Part shown: one piece after another, positions 1 through 11,758 of the stretch
Layout: the number at the start of each line of letters is the position of its first letter
Position numbering within the stretch: the first letter of the stretch is position 1
Program-made: the position numbers and the translations under genes
Notes under the pieces: model-generated
The model's database searches: none
What the model saw: only the letters and a program-made list of their open reading frames with translations
What the model was told of the DNA's origin: nothing
Source of the DNA: Chiloscyllium plagiosum
Lineage: Eukaryota
Assembly (NCBI RefSeq): GCF_004010195.1
Contig: NC_057755.1
Location: 9,888,891 to 9,952,890, forward strand
Reading direction: 5' to 3'
Length of the DNA stretch: 64,000 nt

Positions 1-410
1 GTAGGACTGGTCCAGGTTAATCATGTGGGCCAGCATGGAAGCCAGGCGAGAAGACAACGCCCTGGCGAAGATTTTGTAGTCCGTGCTGAGGGAGACTGGA
101 CGCCAGTTCTTCAAAGAATGATGACCACCCTGCACCAAGAAAGGGGCAGCTCTCTGGCATTAAGACACTCCCCCAGGACCTGTGCATAGTCGCTCTCCAG
201 GATGTCCCAGAATGCCCTGAAGAACTCCACAGTCAGCCCGTCCAGCCCCGGGGACTTGCCCCTCGAGAGCCGATCAAGGGCGCTGGTCAGCTCCTCTAAG
301 GTGACCGGAGCATCGACTCTTCCTGTGCCCTCCGGGCCGAGCTGCAGCAGGTCCTCCCACAGCACTCGCCGAGCATCCTCGCTGGACGGATCCTGAGAGA
401 ACAGAGCCGT
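1..410 (-). mobile_element. Tx1-like non-LTR retrotransposon, 5'-truncated ORF2 fragment (start of RT), continuing off the window edge
   Basis: ORF 111..365 has 'LTSALDRLSRGKSPGLDGLTVEFFRAFW', followed after a frameshift by 'KNWRPVSLLSTDYKIFARRLSSRL'. These are L1/Tx1-type RT N-terminal motifs, and the stretch is GC-rich. Confidence 0.85.
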
Positions 411-950
411 ATATCTTTTTTATCTTTTTTTTTATTTAACCCCCACACTACCACCTAAGTGCGGTAGTGCTTATTTTTTTCAAACCTCTTGTTTACTTTT
501 TTTTCCTTTTTTTTATTAACCCCTACACTACCACCTAAGTGCGGTAGTGCTTATTTTTGCCCCAGCACCCATGGTGTGTGTGTGTGTGCGCAGGTGTGAG
601 ACACAGTGAAAGACACAAAGTGCACGAATCTTTATTTTATTTTTTTATTTTTTTGTGGTCCACGGACTCCACAGCGCCATAAGCCTACTGCACCTGGTAT
701 TCCCAAGCGGTCTCCCATCCAAGTACTAAGCAGGCCTGAGTCTGCTTAGCTTCTGAGATCAGACGAGATCTGGCGTTTTTTTTTCAGACTAGTATGGCCG
801 TAGGTCACTCCTGTTTCTTTTTTTTTCTTTAACCCCACACTACCACCTAAGTGCGGTAGTGCTTATTTTATCCCCAGCACCCATGGTGTGTGTGTGCGCA
901 GGTGTGAGACACAGTGGAAGACACAAAGTGGACGAATCTTTATTCAATTT
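411..950 (-). repeat. Three tandem copies of the Tx1 3' terminus (stem-loop plus A-rich tail)
   Basis: CACTACCACCTAAGTGCGGTAGTG occurs at 446-469, 526-549 and 838-861, each next to a T-run (poly-A on minus). The ~125-nt unit extending to GAATCTTTATT is repeated at ~518-636 and ~830-944. Confidence 0.9.
681..805 (-). pseudogene. 5S rRNA-derived sequence (pseudogene or SINE3 head)
   Basis: The reverse complement reads ACCTACGGCCATACTAGTCTG-A9-CGCCAGATCTCGTCTGATCTCAGAAGCTAAGCAG...TTAGTACTTGGATGGGAGACCGCTTGGGAATACCAGGTGCAGTAGGCTT. This is a full-length vertebrate 5S with recognisable A and C boxes, an expanded A-run and no TTTT terminator. Confidence 0.93.
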
Positions 951-2551
951 CCACCACCCCGAAGATAGGAAAACACCCGGGTGGCCAGTGACAAGCACTG
1001 CCCTTCACATCAAAGGGCAATGCCATGTGATCAAAACAGTGAAGGGGAGGGGAGGGACTAAATCAAAATAGAGTTGGAGGGAGAAATAATGCACTCCACT
1101 CCCTGCGGCGCCCACCTCTCCCTGATAAACTCCAGGGTGTTGGTGGACATCGCGTGCTCCTTCTCCAAGGACACCTGGGCTCTAACGTAACCACGGAAGA
1201 GGGGCAGGCAGTCAGCCCTAACGACCCCCTCCTCGGCCCGCTGCCTAGACCTGTTAATGGCCAGTTTGGCCAGACCCAGGAGCAGACCCACGAGGAGGTC
1301 TTCAGACCTGCCCTCCCTCCCTCCGTACCAGGTGCCCAAAGATCAGGAGCGTGGGACTGAAGTGCAACCAAAAGCAGAGGAGGAGGTTTTTCAGAAAATC
1401 AAAAAGGGAGTGCAAACACTCACACCCAATATACACATGCTCCACAGCACCACAGAACAAGCAGTTGGGCTGGGAGTCCGTGAACCACCGCAACCTGCGG
1501 TTGCAGGGGACTACTGCGTGCAGCACCCTCCACCCCAGATCCCCGAGAGAAAGGGGGAGGACTTCCGCATAGAGAGCCCTCCACTGGGGATCACCACCGC
1601 CCGGTGGCAAATGGGCACGCCAAGGAAGAAGAGGTGGATGGTGTGCAGCAGCAGTCTATACAGGGCCCGCCTTTTTACATCCTTAAAAGAAACAAAATTA
1701 AAATTCCAGGGGCGGCTCAGGTTGTGGGGCACAGGCTCCCACGGGAAGTACGGGACGTTGGGGCCAATGTGAAATTCCATCCGGGCTGGGGGTGAGCGCT
1801 GACGGGATCCCACCGCACACCTGAGCGTCCTCCAACTGGTGCACTACGTCGGGTCCAAGCACCGCCGTTTTAAGGCGTCGGATGGCGGTGGCCACGTACC
1901 GGACGTCTACCGCTGCCCTGCTCGCTATGTCCAGTGGTAGCGTCCAGCCCAGGCCCCCAGCACCCAGCACGTCCCCGACCCTGGTCACCCTCACCGCCGC
2001 GGCCCTCCCCTCCGACAGCCACTCGAACCAGCGAGTACGGAGGTGCAGATTCCTGAGCAATGGCTCCCTGATGACAGCCGCTACTCCTGCCGGAGGGTAG
2101 GCGCGACGCGATTCGACCATGCTCCAGACATGGATCAGGTCCTGGTAAAAGACAGGCGCGTCTTGAGGGCGACCTCCAAACCATCACGGTCGACGAACAG
2201 GAGCTGCGTGTCGTAGTTGAGGTTACGCACCTGGCGGAAAAAATACATCGCCAGGGCGCACCACATAGGAGGAGGCTCGATGTAAAGGTATAGCTGCAAG
2301 GTCTGAAGGTGGAACGTCGCGACCTGGGTGCGGACGCACACCAGTGACTGACCGCCCTCCTCAATAGGGCGACTCAGGACCTGCGCAGTGACCCAGTGCA
2401 TCTTTTTGTCCCAGAAGAAGTCGACCAAGGTTCTCTGGATGTCAGCGACAAAGCCAGGAGGGGGGACCAAAGTGACCAGCCAGTACCACAGCATAGCGGC
2501 CACCAGCTGGTTTATGACCAGCCCTCGACTCCTGTAAGATAGCACTCGGAG
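815..2551 (-). mobile_element. Tx1-like non-LTR retrotransposon, 3' part of ORF2 (frameshifted) plus 3' UTR
   Basis: Overlapping minus ORFs 2135..2545 (LSYRSRGLVINQLVAAMLWY...DFFW...EEGG), 1698..2120, 1302..1610 (DLGWRVLH...CLFCGAVEHVYIGC zinc finger) and 1058..1339 (LLLGLAKLAI). AATAAA lies at 944-939. The element is cut by the gap. Confidence 0.9.
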
Positions 2552-3051
2552 NNNNNNNNNNNNNNNNNNNNNNNNNNNNNNNNNNNNNNNNNNNNNNNNN
2601 NNNNNNNNNNNNNNNNNNNNNNNNNNNNNNNNNNNNNNNNNNNNNNNNNNNNNNNNNNNNNNNNNNNNNNNNNNNNNNNNNNNNNNNNNNNNNNNNNNNN
2701 NNNNNNNNNNNNNNNNNNNNNNNNNNNNNNNNNNNNNNNNNNNNNNNNNNNNNNNNNNNNNNNNNNNNNNNNNNNNNNNNNNNNNNNNNNNNNNNNNNNN
2801 NNNNNNNNNNNNNNNNNNNNNNNNNNNNNNNNNNNNNNNNNNNNNNNNNNNNNNNNNNNNNNNNNNNNNNNNNNNNNNNNNNNNNNNNNNNNNNNNNNNN
2901 NNNNNNNNNNNNNNNNNNNNNNNNNNNNNNNNNNNNNNNNNNNNNNNNNNNNNNNNNNNNNNNNNNNNNNNNNNNNNNNNNNNNNNNNNNNNNNNNNNNN
3001 NNNNNNNNNNNNNNNNNNNNNNNNNNNNNNNNNNNNNNNNNNNNNNNNNNN
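2552..3051. other. Assembly gap (500 N)
   Basis: Run of N characters. Confidence 1.
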
Positions 3052-3234
3052 TTGAGGGGCAGACAATTCAGAAAACATGTTGGAAAGCACTTCGACTGTT
3101 TAAGTTGCTGTACTTAATTGATTCTTTTACTCTTAATATTTATTTCATTTAATTCACACTTAACTTGCAATTTCATTTACATAAACTTGAGTTATTCTTA
3201 TGCGGTATTGTAATATTTTCCTTTCATTATGTTA

Positions 3235-3900
3235 TAATCATACAGAATGGAAATAGATGCTTAGTCCAACCATTCTTGCCAACCCTGTTGCCAAACTAAA
3301 CTAGCCCCACCTGCTTGCTCTTGACCCATATACCTCCAATTCTTTCCAATTAATGAACTTATACCAATGATTTTTAGATGTTGTAACCTTACCTGCATCC
3401 ACATTTGCTCTGGAAGTCCATTTTACACACGAATCGCCCAATGTGTAAAAATATTGCTCCACACGACCTTTTAAATCTTGATTTCGAGGTGCCGGTGTTG
3501 GGCTGTAGTGCACAAAGTTAAAAATCACGTACCAGGTTATACTCCAACAGCCTCCAAAGTGCTCTGAAAGCTAATGCTTTCAAATCGTCTTCCTCTCACC
3601 TGACAAAATATGCCACCGAGCTTTGAGCTCCCCTCCCTGAAGTAAATTCGCTTGTTATTCACCTTATCTGTACCCCTCAATATTTGATAAATGTCAACGC
3701 AGTCACTCCTCAACACCCAAATCTCCAGTGAAGAAAAGTTCCGTCCTTCCAATCCATGTTTATTACTCAAATCATTGATTGCCAGCAACATGCTAGTAAT
3801 TTTTTTTCTGAACACTCTCCATCTTAATAGTATCCTTCCTAGAGCAGGGAAAAGTGAACAGCACACTGTACTCCAGAAAAGGCCTCACCAATGTCCTGTA
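3235..3900 (-). mobile_element. CR1 (HER1-like) LINE 3' fragment, degenerate
   Basis: Resembles other CR1 3' ends in the window ('LRSDCVDIYQILRGTDKVN'). Confidence 0.75.
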
Positions 3901-4513
3901 AAACCTTTTTTTTAAAAAAAAAAGTGGGCTATCCTTTTGTTATCATTCTTACTAAGGAGCTCTAGAGAAACCTCAATGTCCAATTTAAAATCAAAATGTT
4001 TTCATAATATTTATAATAGCAAAATGAAACATTACAATGCAGTGCTAATCATTACTATGTTCTGCTTGTCTGTTCGTTTTTACACAAAATGTACATAAGG
4101 CTTTTCAAAAAAGTAACTCGATATATCATGTTTGAATTTATTTTCTTTTAAAATTATACTAAATTCAAATCAGTCAATAACATTTTTGAATGGTTGGTTG
4201 CTTTGTTCACAGACTTCCCCACGTTTTATAGACATTAGACAAAATTGTTATATTGATTCAAATTTCAGGAACAATTTTTACCGCATTCAATAAATTTAAA
4301 CCAAGATTTTACTCAAACACCACTAGATTCTCTGGTAGCAAAGAGGTAAAGCCACTCTCTCTGTGCTGGGAGATCTAAGTTCAATTCCCAGCTCCTCCAG
4401 CAGTGTGTGGTACATTCCTGAGCAGTTTGGTCAGGCTTAATGAAAGGTATGTCAGAACATAAGCGAGGCAAGTAGAGAGAGTCAGTTCAACTTTCGTTCG
4501 TTCTCAAAAGTTC

Positions 4514-5203
4514 TGTTTCAGGGATAAACCCGACACATAGAGAACCTCACTTCATGTTGTAATGTGTTAAATTTCGAGAGGTAAAGAACCATCCAAGAGC
4601 TCCCTAATTAAAATTTAAAAAAATGACAATTTTATTCTTTAAGCCCAAAATCGAACATTAAACAACTATTTACAACTCATTTCCCTTAAACCTATCTTTT
4701 ACCTCCCACTCTACAATACTGGTCTGAATAAACAAAATAAGCAGTTAACATTTATACTAAATCACGTTTCAACATCAGCCAACTTTGTTGATTCTTTGTA
4801 GATTTCCAACTGTAGATTTTCTGCTGTAATTTCGCATTGTATTTTCTCCTGTCTTCCGCTGTGCACACTTCCTTATGGGTAGGTACATTTCAGAGATCTG
4901 TTTGTTTTAGGTACCAGCCTATAATTGCTGGCGCCCTTTGCAGTTCTCCCCATAATCGTCCAAAACGTCCCATTTCATTGGTTTGATGTCATCCCAACAG
5001 TAAAATTCAAATTCGATTCAATTTTAGTATCTGGGGGACAATTTAAATTGAATTGGCCGAATTTTAATTTGTTTTAGTTCCATTGCAACACAACTCCAGC
5101 AATTACATTTTTAAACTGTTGAGCATACTCTGTTCTTTCCGTCAGTCCTAGCCAGCTTCCTCTCTATCCTAAACATACAGTGCATACTTACAAGTTCTTA
5201 ACA
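4514..5203 (-). repeat. 3' LTR of element A
   Basis: TG...CA ends. Aligns by eye with 12348-13079 (e.g. TGACAATTTTATTCTTTAAG). Preceded on minus by a short purine tract. Confidence 0.85.
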
Positions 5204-5276
5204 CCCTTAAGAAAAAAAAATGAACCATCATAATGAAAAGATGGACTCTTTTTTTCCACTACTCCTTAACTTCTTC

Positions 5277-5309
<33 letters not shown>
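5277..5309. repeat. (TA)n microsatellite
   Basis: Direct reading. Confidence 0.95.
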
Positions 5310-5339
5310 GAATATGTAGAAATATTATCTATATTTTAT

Positions 5340-6865
5340 TTAAGTGAATTGTATTGAATTGAACTGAATTTTTTTGTCACATGTACTGAGGCACAGTGAA
5401 ACGCTTTGCCTTGTGAGCAATACAAGCAGATCACACAGTTAAATAGCATAGATAAGTAACTAATAGGTAAACAGCAGCAAAAACCAAAACATAGGTACAG
5501 GTCAATGCTAAGAGCCTGTATGTCCATTCAGTATTCTAACAACAGTAGGGGAGAAACTGTTTTGAAACTGTGTTCAGGCTTCTGTACCTTCTCCCCAATG
5601 CTAGATGTTGTTAGAAAGCATTGCCAGGGTGAGATGGATCTTTGAGAATACTGGTTGCCTTTTTCTGACAGCGAACCTGGTAGTTGGAATCTACAGATTG
5701 GAGTTTGGCCTTTGTGATTGTCCAGGCCGAATTTACCACTCTCTCTAACCGTCTCAGATCTTGAATGGTACAGTTGTTATACCAGGTAGTGATACATCCA
5801 GACAGAATGCTCTCGATTGTGTGCCAATAAAAGGTGGCAAGGTAATTCGCCATCATGCCAAATTTTCTCAGCTGCGTGAGGAAGAAGAGATGTTTTTGGG
5901 CCTTTGTAACCAATGCATCCACATAAAGAGTCCAAGAAAGCTTTAACCAAACCCAGGCATTTGACACTCTCCACTGGTTCCACATCTATGTTGTTCATGT
6001 GTACAGGGGCATGTGTAACATTCCACCGAAAGTCAATAAGGAGTTCTTTGGTTTTGCTGGCATTGAGAACTAGGTTTTTCGCAGTGCACCATTTTCCCAG
6101 GTCTTCCACCTCCCATCTGTCGTGTGTTTCATAGCCATCTGAGGTTCGACCGACTATGGTGGTGTCATTAATAAACTTGTAAATGGCATTAGTCTGGTAT
6201 TTGGTGACGCAGTCATGGGTATAAAAATGAGTACAGTAGGGGGCTGAGTACGCATCCCTAGAGGGCTCCATTGTTGCGTGTTAGTGACGATGAAATATTG
6301 TCCCCAATCCTCACTGATAGTTTCCTGACCCACAGGCCACAGAGGATCCAGTTGCTGACAGCAGGGCTTAGTCTGAGATTGCAAAGTTTAGTAATCAGTC
6401 TCGAGGGGCTAATGCTGTTGAAGGCTGAAATGTAGTCAATGAGTAGGATTCTTACATAGCTGTTCTTAGTGTCAAGATGTTCTAGGGAGAAGTGAAGGGC
6501 AAGTGATATGGTATCTGGCATGGATCGGTTGGTCAGATGGGCAAATTGGCGTGGGTCAAGAGTAATGAGAAGGCATTAATGGCATGACCAGCCTTTCAAA
6601 GCACTTCATGACCATCAAAGTTAGGGCCACTGGGCGGTAGTTATTGAGTCATGCTGCATGAACCTTCTTAGGCACAGGGATGATGTTGGCCCTCTTGAAA
6701 CAGGTTGGGACAAGGCCTGTTGCAGGCAGAGGCTGAAGATGTTGAGAAGACCTCTGCCAGTTGATCTGCACATGCCCTGAGTGTACGGCCTGCTATTCCA
6801 CCTGGTCCCATCGCTTTCACACGAAGGAATACTGATCAGACTTTGGATGCAGTGACTGTTTTTTC
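5340..6865 (-). mobile_element. Rex1/Babar-like non-LTR retrotransposon, 5'-truncated, nested in element A
   Basis: Motifs 'SLALHFSLEHLDTKNSYVRILLIDYISAFNSI', 'YTHDC..IYKFINDTTIVG' and 'KAQKHLFFLTQLRKFG...TIESILSGCITTWYNNC'. TTCAA-type tail at ~5345-5370. Confidence 0.85.
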
Positions 6866-8049
6866 AGTTAAATCCGCAATAACACCTCTGCAATTATATT
6901 CTTAAGAAACACAACATGTATGATTTGTAATTTAAAAGTCTGCAACACTAGACTCCAATGAAATAATCTCATAGTCTTGTCTTCGAAGCGTGTAGGAATG
7001 ACAGAGGATTGTGATCTGTGTACACAACCGTCTCCCGTGCATTGTTCATGACGCACACATTAAATTGTTGTAAGGCCAGTACCAACGTCAACAGTTCTTT
7101 TTCGTTCATGGAGTATTTCCTGTGGTGGATGTTGAGTTTCTTTGAAAAGTAACCAACTGGCAGTTCAATCCCATTGTATAGTTCCAATTCCCATGTCACT
7201 AGCATCAATGGCAACTTTAAGGAGTTTCAAAAGGTTTGGTGCAGGTAAAACTGGTACGGTGGTTAATATTGCTCTTAAATGGTCGAATGCCTCCTGGCAT
7301 TGTTCTGTCCAACCAAAACTTTGTAGTGTTATTCATCAAGTCAGTTAACGGTGCCACTACACTGCTGAAGTTTGGGGCAAACTTCTGATAGATTCTGCTT
7401 CGACCAAAAAGTCGAAGCACTTCCTTCTTTGAGGTTGGTCATGGAAATTGCTTGACGGTCTTCGCCTTTGCATTCCATGGGGTCAACCTTCCATTACCGA
7501 TATTATGTCCCAAGAATGTCACCTCTGCTTTTGAAAATGCAAATTTGTTTGAGTTCATTAACAGTTTTGCTTCTTGTAGTCATTCAAAGAGCTCTCCAAC
7601 TGTACCATGTGATCTTTTCAGGAATGACTAAAGATCACTGTATCATTCAAATATATTGTACAGTTTGTTTACCCAGCCAGAACTCTGCTCAGAAGTCTTT
7701 GAATGTGCCGGGTGCATTCTTCATTCCAAAGGCCGCATCACTTTGAATTGATATATTGAATTGGGGGTACAGACGCAGAAACCTCTTTCACTGACTCTGA
7801 TTAAAGCACCTGCTAATAACCCCGCAGTTAGTCCAACTTGGTGATGTAACTGACTTGTTCAGCTTTCTCGATACAGTCCTCCAGTCTTGGATATGAGCCC
7901 CATTTTTAACAGTGTTGACCTTCTGATAATCCATGCAAAATTGTTGAATCCTATCAGGTTTGGGAACTAAGGCAATCAGCGAACTCCACTTGCTCCAACT
8001 CAGTACTTTGGTACCCTCATTGAGAGCATACTGTCAGGATTACCCGAAT

Positions 8050-8558
8050 GATTAGATTAGATTAGATTACAGCGTGGAAACAGGCCCTTCGGCCCAACAA
8101 GTCCACACCGACCCGCCGAAGCGCAACCCACCCATGTCCCTACATTTACCTCGTACCTAACACTACGGGCAATTTAGCACGGCCAATTCACCTGACCTGC
8201 ACATCTTTGGACCGTGGGAGGAAACCGGAGCACCCACTGGGCGGCACGGTGGCACAGTGGTTAGCACTGCTGCCTCACAGCACCAGAGACCCGGGTTCAA
8301 TTCCTGCCTCAGGCGACTGACTGTGTGGAGTTTGCACATTCTCCCCGTGTCTGCGTGGGTTTCCTCCGGGTGCTCCGGTTTCCTCCCACAGTCCAAAAGA
8401 TGTGCAGGTCAGGTGAATTGGCCGTGCTAAATTGCCCGTAGTGTTAGGTAAGGGGTAAATGTAGGGGTATGGGTGGGTTACGCTTCGGCGGGTCGGTGTG
8501 GACTTGTTGGGCCAAAGGGCCTGTTTCCACACTGTAAGTAATCTAATCTAATCTAATC
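8050..8558. mobile_element. Inverted pair of HE1-like tRNA SINEs (3' half on minus 8050-8236; full copy on plus 8239-8558)
   Basis: A box TGGCACAGTGG and B box GGTTCAATTCC, with (CTAAT)n tails pointing outward at both ends. Confidence 0.92.
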
Positions 8559-11136
8559 ATTGAGCATGGCCTCTATCACCTTTGGACTTCTCTGGCTTTG
8601 AAAGGATTAAGCTGATAGAGGTGTTGTTTTATCAGAACGGTATTCCCTACATCTATTTCATGTACAATGGCATTAGGCCTCCACATCTGATTCCTACATA
8701 TGTCCTCAAACTGCAGCAACAAACCTTTCAACTGCATTCTATGCTCCTGAGACAGATAGTTTAGTAACCTATCCCACTCCTCAAGAACTTCTTCATTGTT
8801 AAACATATTTTGAGGCACATCAAAACCTACAACATCTGGATTTGTTCCTCACTTTGCTGGGTCACAACTAACACCCATTTCTGCAGTTCTTCCTCTAGTA
8901 TAATATGGCTTCAGCGTGTTCGCATGACATACCAGATACAGGTTTTTTCTTTCTATCTGGCATCTTTCGGAGATAGCTCACCTGACTCAACTTCTTCCCA
9001 ATTTCATACGGACCATTAAACCTGGCTTTCAATGTATCTCCTATCACCGGTAACAGTACTAACACATCATCCCTTCTGGAAAACCTGAGTCTCAGTGGTT
9101 TCATTTCCACCTGCTTCAATTAATGCTGTGCCCTTTTTCGGTGCTGTTCAGCTAACTCACCTACTCGACTTAATCTCTCCCTCACCACCAATACTTAATC
9201 TAAGTATGGAATCTTCCACTTTGGTCCTGGCAATTTCTCTTTAGTTAATTTCAAAGGGCCTGTGACTTCATGCCCGGATATTAACTCGAAGGGAGACACT
9301 GAATAGATTCATTTGAGGTATCTCTAATGGCAAATAATATGATACCTTTATCCCAATCATTCGGGTCATCCTGCCAGTATGCTCTCAACATTGTCTTCAA
9401 CCTTTCTAAAGCTCGCTGGGATTCAGGACGATATGTACTTGATTTGCATACTTAGGTTATCCACGACTTACATCAACAGCCTAGAAGTAAAATCAGACCC
9501 TTGTTCCGATTGAAACTCCCTGGATAGCCCATACTGCATGCACAAAGGTGCTGACTCCTCTACCAAACCTTTTTGCTTAATACCCCATAATGGATTGGGC
9601 TTCAGAAATCTGGTAGACACATCCATTATGGTTAACAAGTTGTGGTTTCCACTTTTAGATCTTGGGAGGTGACCGACACAATCAATTACAACCCGCGTGA
9701 ATGGGTCTTTGCATGAATTCACAACAAAGGTGCTAGTTTTATTACAACCTGCAGCTTACCGACCAATTGGCACATATGACATTTAAGGCAAAAGTTAGCC
9801 ACATCCTTATGCATTCTAGGTTTTTGTACCTTAACCTGAGTGTTTCGAACACCTAGGTGACCTCCTGCAGGTAGTTCATGTGGTACCCATAATACTCTCT
9901 GTCTGTGTACTACTGACAGCACATCTGGTGCACTTCGGCCATTTCACCTGTGCACTTACCATTTCTGTCTTAGGATTCTATCTTTCAGATAATAACCCTC
10001 AGGAATATTATTTGCCTCCTTTTCGGAGTACACATCCACATATATATTTTTTATTGTCTCGTCTTTCTGTTGTAAGTCCACCAGCCTTTCAGGACTGAGC
10101 ACTTCTCTCTGACTCTCTGCCTATTCAGGGTTTTCCTGCACAATTGCATCAAGCAGGGTGACCACTAACTGAACCTCAACTTCTTCGTCTTTCTCTTTAG
10201 TTTTTGCTTAATGCTGTGGCTTATGATAGTGGGATCTTGTTAGTACACAGTCTGGGAAAATACCAGGATTTTTTTTTTTAACTCCTCAGTTTCTTGGTCT
10301 TCCTTGTGCTTCTCCACAACATAGGGTGTCTCTCCCATCTTGCACACTACAAATTCATTCACAAGAACAAACTGGATTCCTGGAACTGACACTCTGTTAA
10401 GCACTCCCACTGTTACTCCCACACTTTTGAGTTGACACTCCATTTTAATTTTACATAGGGGAACACTAAATTTCTGTCCCCCTATCTCAGAAATTATCAC
10501 CATCTAGGATAACAGATCAGAAAAAGTGCAAATTCGCTCCTCTCTGTGTTAGGCACTAGTTAGATCCCGTATCTCTCAAAATTATAACTACTTTCCTTTC
10601 TGCCCTGCTCTTTCTGAGTAAACTTTACCCATAGAGGCGTATTCTTTACGGAGATCAAGTACAAACTTCATACATAGCCCCTGCCGAAGTTGTGCACTCT
10701 CCGGCAGCTCCTCGGCTCTTCTTGAGGTTTCCTTTACTTCTTTCACTAATGCCACTGGCTTAGCTTCATTTCCCACATTGCCTTCCTTTAACAACCGGCA
10801 CTGTGGTTTTACATGTCCCACTTTACCACAGTGGAAACACCTGAGGCCTTTCACCTCCTTTCCACCCTCTTGGGCTTGTTTTTGTTTTAACCTCTGGTAA
10901 ACTCTTACCAGTGTGTTCTACACTTTGTTACATAGCCTAGAATCTCCAGTTCTCCCAACTTGCATCCCTAACAGGATGAAATTGCAGCCGGAAGCTTATC
11001 TTATTCACCAACATGAATTCATCTGCTAACGCTGCTACCCTTCTTACTTCATCAACTTGTTGTTCCGCCAAGTGAATTCTTATCATCTCTGGAAATGGGT
11101 TTTTAAACTTCTACAGCAGAATAACCTCTCTTAGAG

Positions 11137-11758
11137 TGTCACAAAGCTGGTCTTTCCCACCTCCCATCCCCAAAAGCTCGAGGATATTCTGTCCTCGTTT
11201 TTATTTTCAGAGGGTTAATAAAACAGATCGGACTCTGATTAGTCTGGTTTGGTACAGAGATTAAAGGGGATTGAGAGGTCTTTTTGTTTATACATAAACA
11301 GATGAGACTTCAGGCCAAAGTGATCATGTTTTAGAAGTGACCTGTGTAAAGAAAGGGGAGTGGTAAGCTCTATCACTGAGCTGAGCAGTTCAATTCCGCG
11401 TAGAACTCTTTGGGAGTTCAACAGTGAGATGTGTGGAAACTCTCTCTCTTTCCTAACTTCAACCTATAAGCGTGTGCTCCATTTGTACTGGCTTTCAAAA
11501 GGAGTTTGCTTATTGGGACTGTAGTGTATATTCGGAACAGCATGATTAAATCTAGTTTGGATGGTTTGGGTTCTGTAGGTGTTCGATATTCTGTTCTTTG
11601 TGTTTCATAGTGTAAACTTGTGAATACATTTTGTCTGTTTTTAACCTGGTAGTCAACCTCACTAACTTTTCGTTGTACACTTACCGAAGCAAATTGCAAA
11701 GTTATGGTCTGGGCTGCTGCTTAAGAACGTTTTGAGTGGTTCGGCATAGTGCATAACA
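11137..11758 (+). mobile_element. Solo LTR inserted antisense into gag of element A
   Basis: TGTCACAA...CATAACA, similar to the LTR at 57288-57928. Flanked by AGAG/ATAG, a 4-bp TSD with one mismatch. Confidence 0.85.

Noticed and set aside
681..805. Functional 5S rRNA gene
   Set aside because: Expanded A-run, altered first base, no Pol III terminator and no 5S tandem array visible.
411..870. Repeated 24-nt hairpin resembling a CRISPR repeat
   Set aside because: Eukaryotic context, irregular spacing, poly-A association and no cas genes. Explained as LINE 3' ends.
2512..3090. 192-aa ORF
   Set aside because: Artefact of the N gap.
4330..4400. tRNA-like A/B boxes
   Set aside because: Too degenerate for a tRNA. 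Probably an old SINE head, not confidently classifiable.
8239..8310. tRNA gene
   Set aside because: It is the tRNA-derived head of a SINE, followed by the SINE core and tail.
8163..8532. Recurrent 'MWKQAL...' and 'CGRKPEHPEETH' ORFs (also 23951, 27896, 31119)
   Set aside because: Chance translations of the SINE antisense strand.
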